DNA of 47,132 bases, taken from sequence record SRR22947727_447. One strand, written 5' to 3'. A program made the position numbers and the translations under genes. Every line of letters begins with the position of its first letter. The first letter of the stretch is position 1. This document shows, piece by piece, positions 36,630-45,215 of this stretch. The notes beneath the pieces are model-generated. The model saw only the letters and a list, made by a program, of their open reading frames with translations. It made no database searches and had not been told where the DNA came from.

Positions 36630-37286
36630 ATGGAAAATAATAAAATCCTTTTCGTTGCTTCTCAATACAAACGAAAAGGGTTTTTGTATTTTTTATGCGC
36701 TACTTTTTTGCTTCACCTGAGTTACTTTGTCTATATTGAATACAGCGCGCCAAGGATTGATTTGGTGATAGAAAAGCTTCCAGAGGAGTTGGTCACAATA
36801 AAGAAGCCTATAGCATCTGAATTAGCACCAAGTTCACTGAAGCAATTAGAAAAGGGTACCAAAGCCCTTAAGATTAAAACGGTTCGCAGTGTATTAGATG
36901 TAAATAAAGCGACTGCCTTAGATTTTCAAAAAGTGTACGGAATAGGTCCAGTTTATTCCAAGCGGATTGTGAAGTTTAGAGCTATTTTGGGGGGTTTTGT
37001 ACATATGGACCAATTGCAGCAAGTATATGGTTTAGACACTATTGTAGTAAAAGCATTAAAAGCATCGTTTTCAGTTCAAGGAACGCCGGTTATACGGAAA
37101 ATCTCAGTCAATAATGCTTCAGTATATGAATTACAAATACTCCCTTTTTTCACCAAAGAATTGGCAGAAAAAATTGTGAGTGAAAGGGCTAAAAATGGTT
37201 TGTTTAATGATTTTGAAAAAATATCAAACATATTAGGGCTGCCAGAAGATAAAATTGAGATAATTAAATTATATTTGAACTTCTAA
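36630..37286 (+). CDS. ComEA-like helix-hairpin-helix DNA-binding protein
   Basis: N-terminal TM; LDVNKAT...VYGIGP..SKRIV.FR...GGF and a second SVNNAS..EL repeat. Confidence 0.85.
   Translation: MENNKILFVASQYKRKGFLYFLCATFLLHLSYFVYIEYSAPRIDLVIEKLPEELVTIKKPIASELAPSSLKQLEKGTKALKIKTVRSVLDVNKATALDFQKVYGIGPVYSKRIVKFRAILGGFVHMDQLQQVYGLDTIVVKALKASFSVQGTPVIRKISVNNASVYELQILPFFTKELAEKIVSERAKNGLFNDFEKISNILGLPEDKIEIIKLYLNF
37270..37277 (+). promoter_or_regulatory. -7 promoter box for the acyl-CoA dehydrogenase, inside the comEA-like 3' end
   Basis: TATATTTG, 18 nt upstream of ATG 37296. Confidence 0.6.
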
Positions 37287-37295
37287 ATAAATGCT

Positions 37296-38459
37296 ATGAT
37301 TACAGACACCCAACACACTATGGATTTCGATTATTCTGAAACCCAAGAGATGGTGGCAGCAGCAGCAAAAGCTTTTGCCCATCAGCATATTGCGCCTCAT
37401 GTGAGGGATTGGGATGAGCATCAGAAATTCCCTATTGCCGTTTTAAAGGAAGCGGGTGCCCTTGGTTTCATGGGTATATTAGTGCCAGAGTCTCTAGGTG
37501 GATCTGGTTTGGGATATCACGAGTACATTGCCATTATTGAAGAAATTTCTATAGTAGATCCATCTATTGGCCTCTCTATAGCTGCCCATAATTCACTTTG
37601 CACCAACCACATATTAAGCTTTGGAACTGATGCGCAAAAGGAGCATTGGATTCCGAAATTGGCTACTGGAGAATGGATTGGCGCTTGGGGACTCACAGAG
37701 CACAATACGGGTTCAGATGCAGGAGGCATGAATACTACTGCGGTTAAAAAAGGAGATCAGTGGGTGTTGAACGGTTCTAAAAACTTTATTACCCATGGTA
37801 AAAGTGGTGACATTGCTGTAATAATTGCTCGAACAGGAGAAAAAGGAGACAGCCATGGAATGACTGCTTTTGTTGTTGAAAAAGGAACTCCTGGGTTTAG
37901 CAGTGGAAAAAAAGAAGACAAATTAGGAATGCGTGCTAGTGAGACAGCAGAGCTGATTTTTGATCATTGTGTGTTAGAGGCATCGGCCGTTTTAGGCCAG
38001 GTAGGAGAAGGTTTTATTCAATCTATGAAAATATTAGATGGCGGTAGAATTTCTATTGGTGCACTTTCATTGGGCATTGCTAAAGGGGCATACCAAGCGG
38101 CATTGCAATATTCAAAGGAGCGCCACCAGTTTGGCAAGCCTATTAGTGCATTTCAAGGAATATCCTTTAAATTAGCAGACATGGCCACTGAGATTGAAGC
38201 CTCTGAATTGTTGCTTCACAAGGCTGCTTTTTTGAAAAATCAAGGCAGGCCTATGACTACATTAAGTGCTATGTCTAAAATGTATTCTTCTGAAGTTTGT
38301 GTTAAGGTGGCCAATGAGGCGGTTCAAATATTTGGGGGCTATGGTTACACCAAAGACTATCCAGTAGAAAAATTTTATAGAGATGCTAAGCTTTGTACCA
38401 TAGGAGAGGGCACTACTGAGATACAGAAATTAGTGATTGCTAGAAATATTTTAAAATAA
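37296..38459 (+). CDS. Acyl-CoA dehydrogenase
   Basis: GLTEHNTGSD, LNGSKNFIT, KLGMRASET, QIFGGYGY, IGEGTTEIQ; alternative start 37320. Confidence 0.95.
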   Translation: MITDTQHTMDFDYSETQEMVAAAAKAFAHQHIAPHVRDWDEHQKFPIAVLKEAGALGFMGILVPESLGGSGLGYHEYIAIIEEISIVDPSIGLSIAAHNSLCTNHILSFGTDAQKEHWIPKLATGEWIGAWGLTEHNTGSDAGGMNTTAVKKGDQWVLNGSKNFITHGKSGDIAVIIARTGEKGDSHGMTAFVVEKGTPGFSSGKKEDKLGMRASETAELIFDHCVLEASAVLGQVGEGFIQSMKILDGGRISIGALSLGIAKGAYQAALQYSKERHQFGKPISAFQGISFKLADMATEIEASELLLHKAAFLKNQGRPMTTLSAMSKMYSSEVCVKVANEAVQIFGGYGYTKDYPVEKFYRDAKLCTIGEGTTEIQKLVIARNILK

Positions 38460-38462
38460 AAC

Positions 38463-38492
38463 TTGCGGGAGGTTTAAATAGCATTATATTTG
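38463..38492 (+). promoter_or_regulatory. -33/-7 promoter of rpsU
   Basis: TTG (38463-38465), 19-nt spacer, TATATTTG (38485-38492). Confidence 0.8.
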
Positions 38493-38509
38493 CACTCGTA
38501 AAATCATAA

Positions 38510-38520
38510 AGAAAGGAGGT
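38510..38520 (+). promoter_or_regulatory. Extended Shine-Dalgarno sequence of rpsU
   Basis: AGAAAGGAGGT, 8 nt before the ATG. Confidence 0.92.
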
Positions 38521-38528
38521 TGTAGCCC

Positions 38529-38723
38529 ATGTTAATTATACCAATTAAAGAAGGAGAAAACATCGACAGAGCGCTGAAGCGTTTTAAGAGAAAATTTGAC
38601 AGAACAGGAACTATGCGTCAATTGAGATCGCGTCAACAGTTCAATAAGCCATCTGTAGTTAAAAGAGCACAGATTCAAAAAGCTGCTTATATTCAAGGTC
38701 TTAGAGATCAAGAAGACCAATAG
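38529..38723 (+). CDS. rpsU: 30S ribosomal protein bS21
   Basis: EGENIDRALKRFKRK...F.KPSV.KR. Confidence 0.97.
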   Translation: MLIIPIKEGENIDRALKRFKRKFDRTGTMRQLRSRQQFNKPSVVKRAQIQKAAYIQGLRDQEDQ

Positions 38724-38748
38724 TAGTATTTTGTTTTTTAAACATATT

Positions 38749-38779
38749 AAAGTCCCGTTTTAGACGGGACTTTTTTTTT
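38749..38779 (+). terminator. rpsU intrinsic terminator
   Basis: AAAGTCCCGT-N5-ACGGGACTTT with a T9 tract. Confidence 0.92.
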
Positions 38780-38824
38780 GGTTTTAATTAACGCTTTTTA
38801 ACGGCTGTTTTCATAATTTTAAGT

Positions 38825-39721
38825 ATGCCTATAGCTGCCTTTGTAAATTACCTACGTTTAGAAAAGAACTATGCCTTGAATACAATAAAGGCTTATGAGA
38901 GAGACTTACAATTGTTTCAGGTATTCAGTGAAACTACTTTTGGGACTAGAGCACTTAACGAAGTGTCTTATTCACTCATTAGATCTTGGATTATATTATT
39001 GGTGGACAAGGGCAAATCTAACGTAACAATCAATAGAAAAATTGCCTCGCTTAATGCGTATTATAATTTTGCCTTAAAATCTGGTCAAATAGCGCAAAGT
39101 CCATTGTTGGGCCATAAATCGCTTAAGGTACAGCGTAAAATTGCGTTGCCTTTCTCTGAAAAAGAGATGGATGAATTGTTCTCTAAAATACCGTTTCCAG
39201 ATAATTTTGAAGGCAGTAGGGACCGGCTTATTGTTGCGCTTCTATACGCAACTGGGATGAGGCGCGCAGAGCTTATTGGCCTTCAGACATTTCAGGTAGA
39301 CATGGGGGTGCTTCAAATTAAAGTACTTGGCAAAAGGAATAAAGAACGGGTCATTCCATTGATCCCCTCATTAGTGCCTCTGATTAATTCTTATTTATCT
39401 CAAAGAATGTCCCTTCCTAAAAGAATAGATGACACACATTTTTTTCTACTACCCTCGGGTAAAAAACTCTACGAAACGCTTGTTTATAGGGTTATAAATC
39501 ACTATTTTGGATTAGTGTCTACCAAAGTGAAAAAGAGCCCACATATGCTCCGTCATACTTTTGCAACCCACCTCCTAAATAGGGGGGCAGACATGCAATC
39601 TGTTAAAGAATTACTGGGACATGCGAGTTTGGCTTCTACACAGGTGTATACGCACAATAATATGGCTGCACTGAAAAAAGCTTATGGGAATTCACATCCG
39701 AGAAATAAGCCTAAAGTTTAA
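38825..39721 (+). CDS. xerC: XerC-type tyrosine recombinase
   Basis: LYATGMR..E, GKRNKER, HMLRHTFATH, LLGH, TQVY; N-terminal SAM-like domain; XerC versus XerD assigned by context. Confidence 0.85.
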   Translation: MPIAAFVNYLRLEKNYALNTIKAYERDLQLFQVFSETTFGTRALNEVSYSLIRSWIILLVDKGKSNVTINRKIASLNAYYNFALKSGQIAQSPLLGHKSLKVQRKIALPFSEKEMDELFSKIPFPDNFEGSRDRLIVALLYATGMRRAELIGLQTFQVDMGVLQIKVLGKRNKERVIPLIPSLVPLINSYLSQRMSLPKRIDDTHFFLLPSGKKLYETLVYRVINHYFGLVSTKVKKSPHMLRHTFATHLLNRGADMQSVKELLGHASLASTQVYTHNNMAALKKAYGNSHPRNKPKV

Positions 39722-39738
39722 TTTAATTCATTTTATCT

Positions 39739-40035
39739 ATGAAAATCAACACGCAAACAGTCAATTTTAATGCAGATGCTACTTTAATAGATTTCTTAGA
39801 CAATCGTGTTCAGAAGTTGGAAATGTTTTTCGATCATATCATTGATGTGGACGTATTTTTAAAAGTGGAAAACACCAGTGTAAAAGAGAATAAAATTGCA
39901 GAGTTTAAGGTACATGTTCCAAAGGATTCTATTGTGGTTAAAAAGCAATGCAAGAGCTTTGAAGAAGCTATTGACACTGCATGTGAGGCAGTTGAGCGTG
40001 GGTTAGTAAAATGGAAAGAAAAGCGCAAGTCATAA
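39739..40035 (+). CDS. hpf: Ribosome hibernation factor (short HPF/RaiA)
   Basis: 98 aa; KLEMFFDHI..VDVFL, SFEEAID; follows xerC. Confidence 0.9.
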   Translation: MKINTQTVNFNADATLIDFLDNRVQKLEMFFDHIIDVDVFLKVENTSVKENKIAEFKVHVPKDSIVVKKQCKSFEEAIDTACEAVERGLVKWKEKRKS

Positions 40036-40071
40036 CGATTAAAAAAAAAATTATTTTTTTTTCAATAATGT

Positions 40072-40101
40072 TTTGAAAAGAGAAATATTTATCTACATTT
40101 G
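40072..40101 (+). promoter_or_regulatory. -33/-7 promoter of the tRNA-tuf operon
   Basis: TTTG (40072-40075), 18-nt spacer, TACATTTG (40094-40101). Confidence 0.78.
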
Positions 40102-40102
40102 C

Positions 40103-40128
40103 AGTCCGTTTGAAAAAGCGGACTTTTT
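40103..40128 (+). terminator. Terminator-like hairpin overlapping the predicted tRNA operon start site
   Basis: AGTCCGTTT-GAAA-AAGCGGACT followed by TTTT. Confidence 0.6.
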
Positions 40129-40150
40129 ATTGATTTAAAAAGGCATAAAA

Positions 40151-40224
40151 GCCGATGTAGCTCAGCTGGCTAGAGCAGCTGATTTGTAATCAGCAGGTCG
40201 TGGGTTCGAGTCCCTCCATCGGCT
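40151..40224 (+). tRNA. tRNA-Thr(TGT)
   Basis: Acceptor GCCGATG/CATCGGC, anticodon arm GCTGA-TT TGT AA-TCAGC, T-loop TTCGAGT. Confidence 0.97.
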
Positions 40225-40283
40225 CTTAAATGCTTCGTAAAACAGGTATTTTAATAAGTTCTTTTTTTATGTTTAAAAGCTTG

Positions 40284-40365
<82 letters not shown>

Positions 40366-40457
40366 CAACTTGTGTTAAATTATTTTTTTACTAGAGAAAA
40401 AGTTGTAGTTTTGCATGCGCTTTTTAATAAGCTTTTAAACTTAATAAGAATTCTATT

Positions 40458-40530
40458 GCGGGAGTAGCTCAGTTGGTAGAGCGTCAGCCTTCCAAGCTGA
40501 ATGTCGCCGGTTCGAACCCGGTCTCCCGCT
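40458..40530 (+). tRNA. tRNA-Gly(TCC)
   Basis: Acceptor GCGGGAG/CTCCCGC, TCAGC-CT TCC AA-GCTGA. Confidence 0.97.
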
Positions 40531-40660
40531 CAAAATTCACTTCACGTAAGTGAATAGGAGCAGCGGTTAAGAAATTAACACGCAGGCACTTTGGTCTAGG
40601 CCAGGGTGTCTTTTAGGCTTTGAGTATGATGGAAATAAAACTACTTAGGTAGTTTTTAAA

Positions 40661-40732
40661 GCCGGTGTAGCTCAGGGGTAGAGCGTTTCCTTGGTAAGGA
40701 AGAGGTCACGAGTTCAATTCTCGTCATTGGCT
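40661..40732 (+). tRNA. tRNA-Thr(GGT)
   Basis: Acceptor GCCGGTG/CATTGGC, TTTCC-TT GGT AA-GGAAG, T-loop TTCAATT. Confidence 0.96.
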
Positions 40733-40788
40733 CAATAACAGCGAATAAATTGTACACTAATATAAACTAAGATTAAAATTCATTAAAC

Positions 40789-41976
40789 ATGGCAAAGGAA
40801 ACTTTTGATCGTTCCAAACCGCACTTGAATATTGGTACCATTGGACACGTAGATCACGGTAAAACTACATTAACTGCTGCTATTACAACTGTATTGGCAA
40901 ACGCAGGACTTTCAGAAATGAGAAGTTTCGATTCAATCGACAACGCTCCTGAAGAAAAAGAGAGAGGTATTACAATTAACACTTCACACGTAGAGTATTC
41001 TACAGCTAACCGTCACTACGCTCACGTTGACTGTCCAGGTCACGCGGATTACGTTAAGAACATGGTTACTGGTGCTGCTCAAATGGACGGTGCTATTTTG
41101 GTTGTTGCTGCTACTGATGGCCCTATGCCACAGACTAGAGAGCACATCCTTTTAGGACGTCAGGTGGGTATTCCAAGAATGGTTGTATTCATGAACAAAG
41201 TGGATATGGTAGACGACGAAGAGCTTTTAGAGCTAGTTGAAATGGAAATCAGAGAATTACTTTCTTTCTACGAGTATGACGGAGATAATGGACCTGTAAT
41301 TGCTGGTTCTGCATTAGGTGCATTGAACGGAGAGCAAAAATGGGTAGACACAGTAATGTCTCTTATGGAAGCTGTAGATAGCTGGATTGAATTACCTGCA
41401 CGTGATGTAGATAAGCCTTTCTTAATGCCAGTTGAAGATGTATTTACGATCACTGGTCGTGGTACTGTAGCGACAGGACGTATTGAAACAGGTGTTGCCA
41501 ATACTGGAGACGCTGTTGATATTATTGGTATGGGTGCTGAAAAATTATCTTCTACTGTTACTGGAGTTGAGATGTTCCGTAAAATCTTAGATAGAGGAGA
41601 AGCTGGAGATAACGTTGGTATTCTTTTAAGAGGTATTGAGAAATCTGATATCAAAAGAGGAATGGTTATTGTTAAGCCAGGATCTGTTACACCACACGCG
41701 AAATTTAAAGCAGAGGTATACGTATTGAAAAAAGAAGAAGGTGGTCGTCACACACCATTCCATAACAACTACCGTCCACAGTTTTACGTACGTACAACTG
41801 ACGTAACAGGTACAATCAATTTACCTGATGGAGTTGAGATGGTTATGCCTGGAGATAACTTGACTATTACTGTAGATTTACTTTCTCCAATTGCATTGAG
41901 CGTTGGTTTGCGTTTTGCGATCCGTGAGGGTGGTAGAACAGTAGGTGCAGGTCAGGTAACTGAGATCTTAGACTAA
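40789..41976 (+). CDS. tuf: Elongation factor Tu
   Basis: [22 protein letters not shown]. Confidence 0.99.
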   Translation: MAKETFDRSKPHLNIGTIGHVDHGKTTLTAAITTVLANAGLSEMRSFDSIDNAPEEKERGITINTSHVEYSTANRHYAHVDCPGHADYVKNMVTGAAQMDGAILVVAATDGPMPQTREHILLGRQVGIPRMVVFMNKVDMVDDEELLELVEMEIRELLSFYEYDGDNGPVIAGSALGALNGEQKWVDTVMSLMEAVDSWIELPARDVDKPFLMPVEDVFTITGRGTVATGRIETGVANTGDAVDIIGMGAEKLSSTVTGVEMFRKILDRGEAGDNVGILLRGIEKSDIKRGMVIVKPGSVTPHAKFKAEVYVLKKEEGGRHTPFHNNYRPQFYVRTTDVTGTINLPDGVEMVMPGDNLTITVDLLSPIALSVGLRFAIREGGRTVGAGQVTEILD

Positions 41977-41998
41977 TCTTTATTGAATAAATTACTGT

Positions 41999-42029
41999 AA
42001 GGTGTCTGCCCTCAAAGGCAGATACCTTT
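41999..42029 (+). terminator. Hairpin after tuf (weak terminator or processing/stabilising stem)
   Basis: AAGGTGTCTGCC-N6-GGCAGATACCTT; only a short T-tract. Confidence 0.55.
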
Positions 42030-42066
42030 ACATGTAAAATATAAGGACGTATTTTATGTCCTTTAT

Positions 42067-42139
42067 ACGGGTGTAGCTCAGTTGGTAGAGCACTGGTCTC
42101 CAAAACCAGGTGTCGGGAGTTCGAGTCTCTCCTCCCGTG
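42067..42139 (+). tRNA. tRNA-Trp(CCA)
   Basis: Acceptor ACGGGTG/CTCCCGT (one U-U mismatch), CTGGT-CT CCA AA-ACCAG. Confidence 0.96.
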
Positions 42140-42164
42140 CGTAATGAAATAAAAAAGGTACCGC

Positions 42165-42353
42165 ATGTTAACATATATTAAAGAATCCTTTGAAGAGTTA
42201 AAAAACAATGTAACACTTCCCTCTAGATCAGAATCTTCTAATCTGATGGTGGTAGTGGCTGTTTTCTCTATACTATTTGCTCTGGCAACTTGGGGTGTAG
42301 ACAGTGTTTTTAACGAAGCCATACAGTTGTACTTTAATAACATCCTTAACTAA
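42165..42353 (+). CDS. secE: Preprotein translocase subunit SecE
   Basis: Y.KES..EL..NVT.P plus a single TM helix; between tRNA-Trp and nusG. Confidence 0.95.
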   Translation: MLTYIKESFEELKNNVTLPSRSESSNLMVVVAVFSILFALATWGVDSVFNEAIQLYFNNILN

Positions 42354-42361
42354 TAGCATCC

Positions 42362-42913
42362 ATGGGGGAGATTTTAGAAAAGAAATGGTATGTGGTTAGG
42401 GCAGTAAGTGGCCAAGAGCACAAGATTAAGGGGTACATTGAATCTGAAGTCTCTAGGCTTGGTTTTGGTGACTATTTAGAAGATGTGTTGGTGCCTACTG
42501 AAAAAGTAATTCAAATTAGAAACGGAAAAAAAATTAACAAGGAAAAAGTGTATTTTCCTGGTTACATCATGATTAAAGCCAATTTAGGTGGAGAGATGGT
42601 GCATATTATTCGTTCTATTACCAACGTGATTGGATTTCTTGGTGAAACTAAAGGAGGTGATCCTGTGCCACTTAGAAAAACAGAGGTGAATAGAATGTTA
42701 GGAAAAGTTGATGAATTGACTGTGAATGCAGACATGGCTGCTATTCCTTACACTACTGGAGAAACCATTAAAGTGATCGATGGTCCTTTTAATGGATTTA
42801 ATGGTACGGTAGAAAAAATAAATGAAGAAAAGCGTAAGCTAGAAGTAATGGTGAAAATTTTCGGAAGAAAGACACCATTAGAGCTCAGCTATATGCAAGT
42901 AGAAAAAGTTTAA
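42362..42913 (+). CDS. nusG: Transcription termination/antitermination factor NusG
   Basis: WYVV...SGQE, FPGY, KOW motif VIDGPFNGFNG, IFGRKTP. Confidence 0.98.
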   Translation: MGEILEKKWYVVRAVSGQEHKIKGYIESEVSRLGFGDYLEDVLVPTEKVIQIRNGKKINKEKVYFPGYIMIKANLGGEMVHIIRSITNVIGFLGETKGGDPVPLRKTEVNRMLGKVDELTVNADMAAIPYTTGETIKVIDGPFNGFNGTVEKINEEKRKLEVMVKIFGRKTPLELSYMQVEKV

Positions 42914-42977
42914 TTAGAACTGTTACATATACAAAGGGTGTTGCTTCCAAAAAGCACCTTTAATTTAATTTAAAACA

Positions 42978-43415
42978 ATGGCAAAAGAAGTAAGTAAAGT
43001 AGTTAAACTACAAGTTAGGGGAGGTGCAGCGAATCCGTCGCCACCGGTTGGACCCGCTTTAGGTGCTGCCGGTGTTAACATCATGGAGTTCTGTAAGCAA
43101 TTTAATGCGCGTACACAGGACAAACAGGGCAAAGTATTGCCTGTTGCTATCACGGTATACAAGGACAAGTCATTTGACTTCGTTGTAAAGACACCGCCGG
43201 CGGCAGTACAATTGATGGAAGCAGCTAAGATTAAGAAAGGATCTGGCGAACCTAACAGAAACAAAGTAGCAAGTGTATCTTGGGACCAAGTTAAAACTAT
43301 TGCAGAAGACAAAATGGTAGACTTAAATGCGTTTACAATTGGATCTGCAATAAGCATGGTTGCTGGAACAGCTAGATCTATGGGTTTAAAAGTGTCAGGT
43401 ACAAAACCTTTCTAA
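42978..43415 (+). CDS. rplK: 50S ribosomal protein uL11
   Basis: [28 protein letters not shown]. Confidence 0.99.
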   Translation: MAKEVSKVVKLQVRGGAANPSPPVGPALGAAGVNIMEFCKQFNARTQDKQGKVLPVAITVYKDKSFDFVVKTPPAAVQLMEAAKIKKGSGEPNRNKVASVSWDQVKTIAEDKMVDLNAFTIGSAISMVAGTARSMGLKVSGTKPF

Positions 43416-43435
43416 TATCTTAATAAGCAAATCAA

Positions 43436-44122
43436 ATGGCAAAATTAACAAAAAAGCAGAAGGAAGCGCTTTCTAAGATAGACAAGAATAAAGTATATTC
43501 TCTATCAGAAGGTTCTGTATTAGTAAAAGAAATCACCAATGCTAAATTCGATGCCTCTGTGGATATCGCAGTTAGATTGGGTGTGGATCCAAGAAAAGCA
43601 AATCAAATGGTTCGTGGGGTGGTAACACTTCCTCATGGTACTGGTAAGGACGTTAAAGTTCTTGCTTTAGTGACTCCAGATAAAGAAGCAGAGGCTACAG
43701 CAGCTGGTGCTGATTATGTTGGTTTGGATGAGTATTTGGATAAAATCAAAAACGGTTGGACAGACGTAGATGTGATTATCACTATGCCAAGTGTTATGGG
43801 TAAATTAGGTCCTTTAGGACGTGTATTAGGGCCAAGAGGTCTTATGCCAAACCCAAAGACAGGAACAGTAACTATGGATGTAGCTAAAGCGGTTACTGAA
43901 GTAAAAGCTGGTAAGATAGATTTTAAAGTAGATAAAACGGGTATTGTTCACGCGGCAATTGGAAAGGTTTCTTTCTCTGCAGATATGATTGCAGAAAATG
44001 CTAAAGAACTCATTGACACCCTTAACAAATTAAAACCTACTGCTTCCAAAGGTATATATGTAAAGAGTATTTACATGTCTAGTACCATGAGTCCTAGTGT
44101 TCAATTAGACACTAAAGCATAA
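43436..44122 (+). CDS. rplA: 50S ribosomal protein uL1
   Basis: [29 protein letters not shown]. Confidence 0.99.
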   Translation: MAKLTKKQKEALSKIDKNKVYSLSEGSVLVKEITNAKFDASVDIAVRLGVDPRKANQMVRGVVTLPHGTGKDVKVLALVTPDKEAEATAAGADYVGLDEYLDKIKNGWTDVDVIITMPSVMGKLGPLGRVLGPRGLMPNPKTGTVTMDVAKAVTEVKAGKIDFKVDKTGIVHAAIGKVSFSADMIAENAKELIDTLNKLKPTASKGIYVKSIYMSSTMSPSVQLDTKA

Positions 44123-44143
44123 GGGTTCTTTAAAATTTAAATT

Positions 44144-44659
44144 ATGACAAGAGAAGACAAATTAACCGTTATACAGGATTTAACTTCACAACTTTCAGAA
44201 AATGCTACTATTTATTTAGCGGACATTTCTGGATTAGATGCAGACACAACTTCTAATTTACGTAGGGCTTGTTTTAAAGCCAATATTAGACTGTCTGTTG
44301 TGAAGAACACATTGCTTGCTAAAGCAATGGAAGCTTCTGAAAAAGATTTCGGAGAGTTGCCAGAAATACTAAAGGGAAATACCTCTTTAATGTTTTCTGA
44401 AGTAAGTAATGCACCAGCAAAACTTATTAAGGCTTTCAGAAAAAATTCAGACAAACCTATTTTAAAAGGTGCTTTCATTGAAGAAGCAATCTATGTTGGA
44501 GACAATCAGTTAGATTCATTAGTGAACATTAAGTCTAAAGAAGAAGTTATTGGCGATATTATTGGATTGTTACAATCCCCAGCTAAAAACGTTATTTCTG
44601 GCTTAAAGTCCGGTGGAGGTAAACTGGCAGGGATTATTAAGACCCTCTCTGAAAGATAA
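44144..44659 (+). CDS. rplJ: 50S ribosomal protein uL10
   Basis: VVKNTL, LKGNT; between rplA and rplL. Confidence 0.97.
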   Translation: MTREDKLTVIQDLTSQLSENATIYLADISGLDADTTSNLRRACFKANIRLSVVKNTLLAKAMEASEKDFGELPEILKGNTSLMFSEVSNAPAKLIKAFRKNSDKPILKGAFIEEAIYVGDNQLDSLVNIKSKEEVIGDIIGLLQSPAKNVISGLKSGGGKLAGIIKTLSER

Positions 44660-44712
44660 ACAGAACGCACTTAAACAATTATATTTTTAAAATTTATTAA
44701 AACGATAGAAAA

Positions 44713-45084
44713 ATGGCAGATTTAAAAAATTTCGCAGAACAATTGGTTAACCTTACTGTAAAAGAAGTAAATGAGTTAGCTACTATTTTAAAAGATGAGT
44801 ACGGTATTGAGCCTGCTGCTGCTGCAGTTGCAGTTGCTGCTGCTGGTGGAGACGCTGCTGCTGTAGAAGAAAAATCAGAATTCGACGTTGTATTAGTTGA
44901 AGCTGGAGCTTCTAAATTAGCCGTTGTAAAATTAGTTAAGGAATTAACTGGTTTAGGTTTAAAAGAAGCTAAAGACATTGTAGATAGTGCTCCAAGCCCA
45001 ATTAAAGAAGGTGTTTCTAAAGATGAAGCAGAAGGAATTCAGAAGTCACTTGAAGAAGCAGGAGCGAAAGTTGAGCTTAAGTAA
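44713..45084 (+). CDS. rplL: 50S ribosomal protein bL12
   Basis: Ala-rich hinge, [28 protein letters not shown]. Confidence 0.99.
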   Translation: MADLKNFAEQLVNLTVKEVNELATILKDEYGIEPAAAAVAVAAAGGDAAAVEEKSEFDVVLVEAGASKLAVVKLVKELTGLGLKEAKDIVDSAPSPIKEGVSKDEAEGIQKSLEEAGAKVELK

Positions 45085-45107
45085 TAGCATACAACAATAG
45101 CACTTTT

Positions 45108-45151
45108 GGTTTAGGTCTTTTCACTTTTTGTGGTTAGACCTAAGCCTTTTT
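45108..45151 (+). terminator. Terminator/attenuator between rplL and rpoB
   Basis: GGTTTAGGTCT...AGACCTAAGCC followed by TTTTT. Confidence 0.78.
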
Positions 45152-45215
45152 ATATAAGGTATATGAAGTTGTATACCACTACGCATAGTATTCACATTCA
45201 AAAATTTGTCTATTG

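Noticed and set aside
41867..42343. 158-aa minus-strand ORF
   Set aside because: It spans the tuf 3' end, tRNA-Trp and secE on the opposite strand, so it is spurious.
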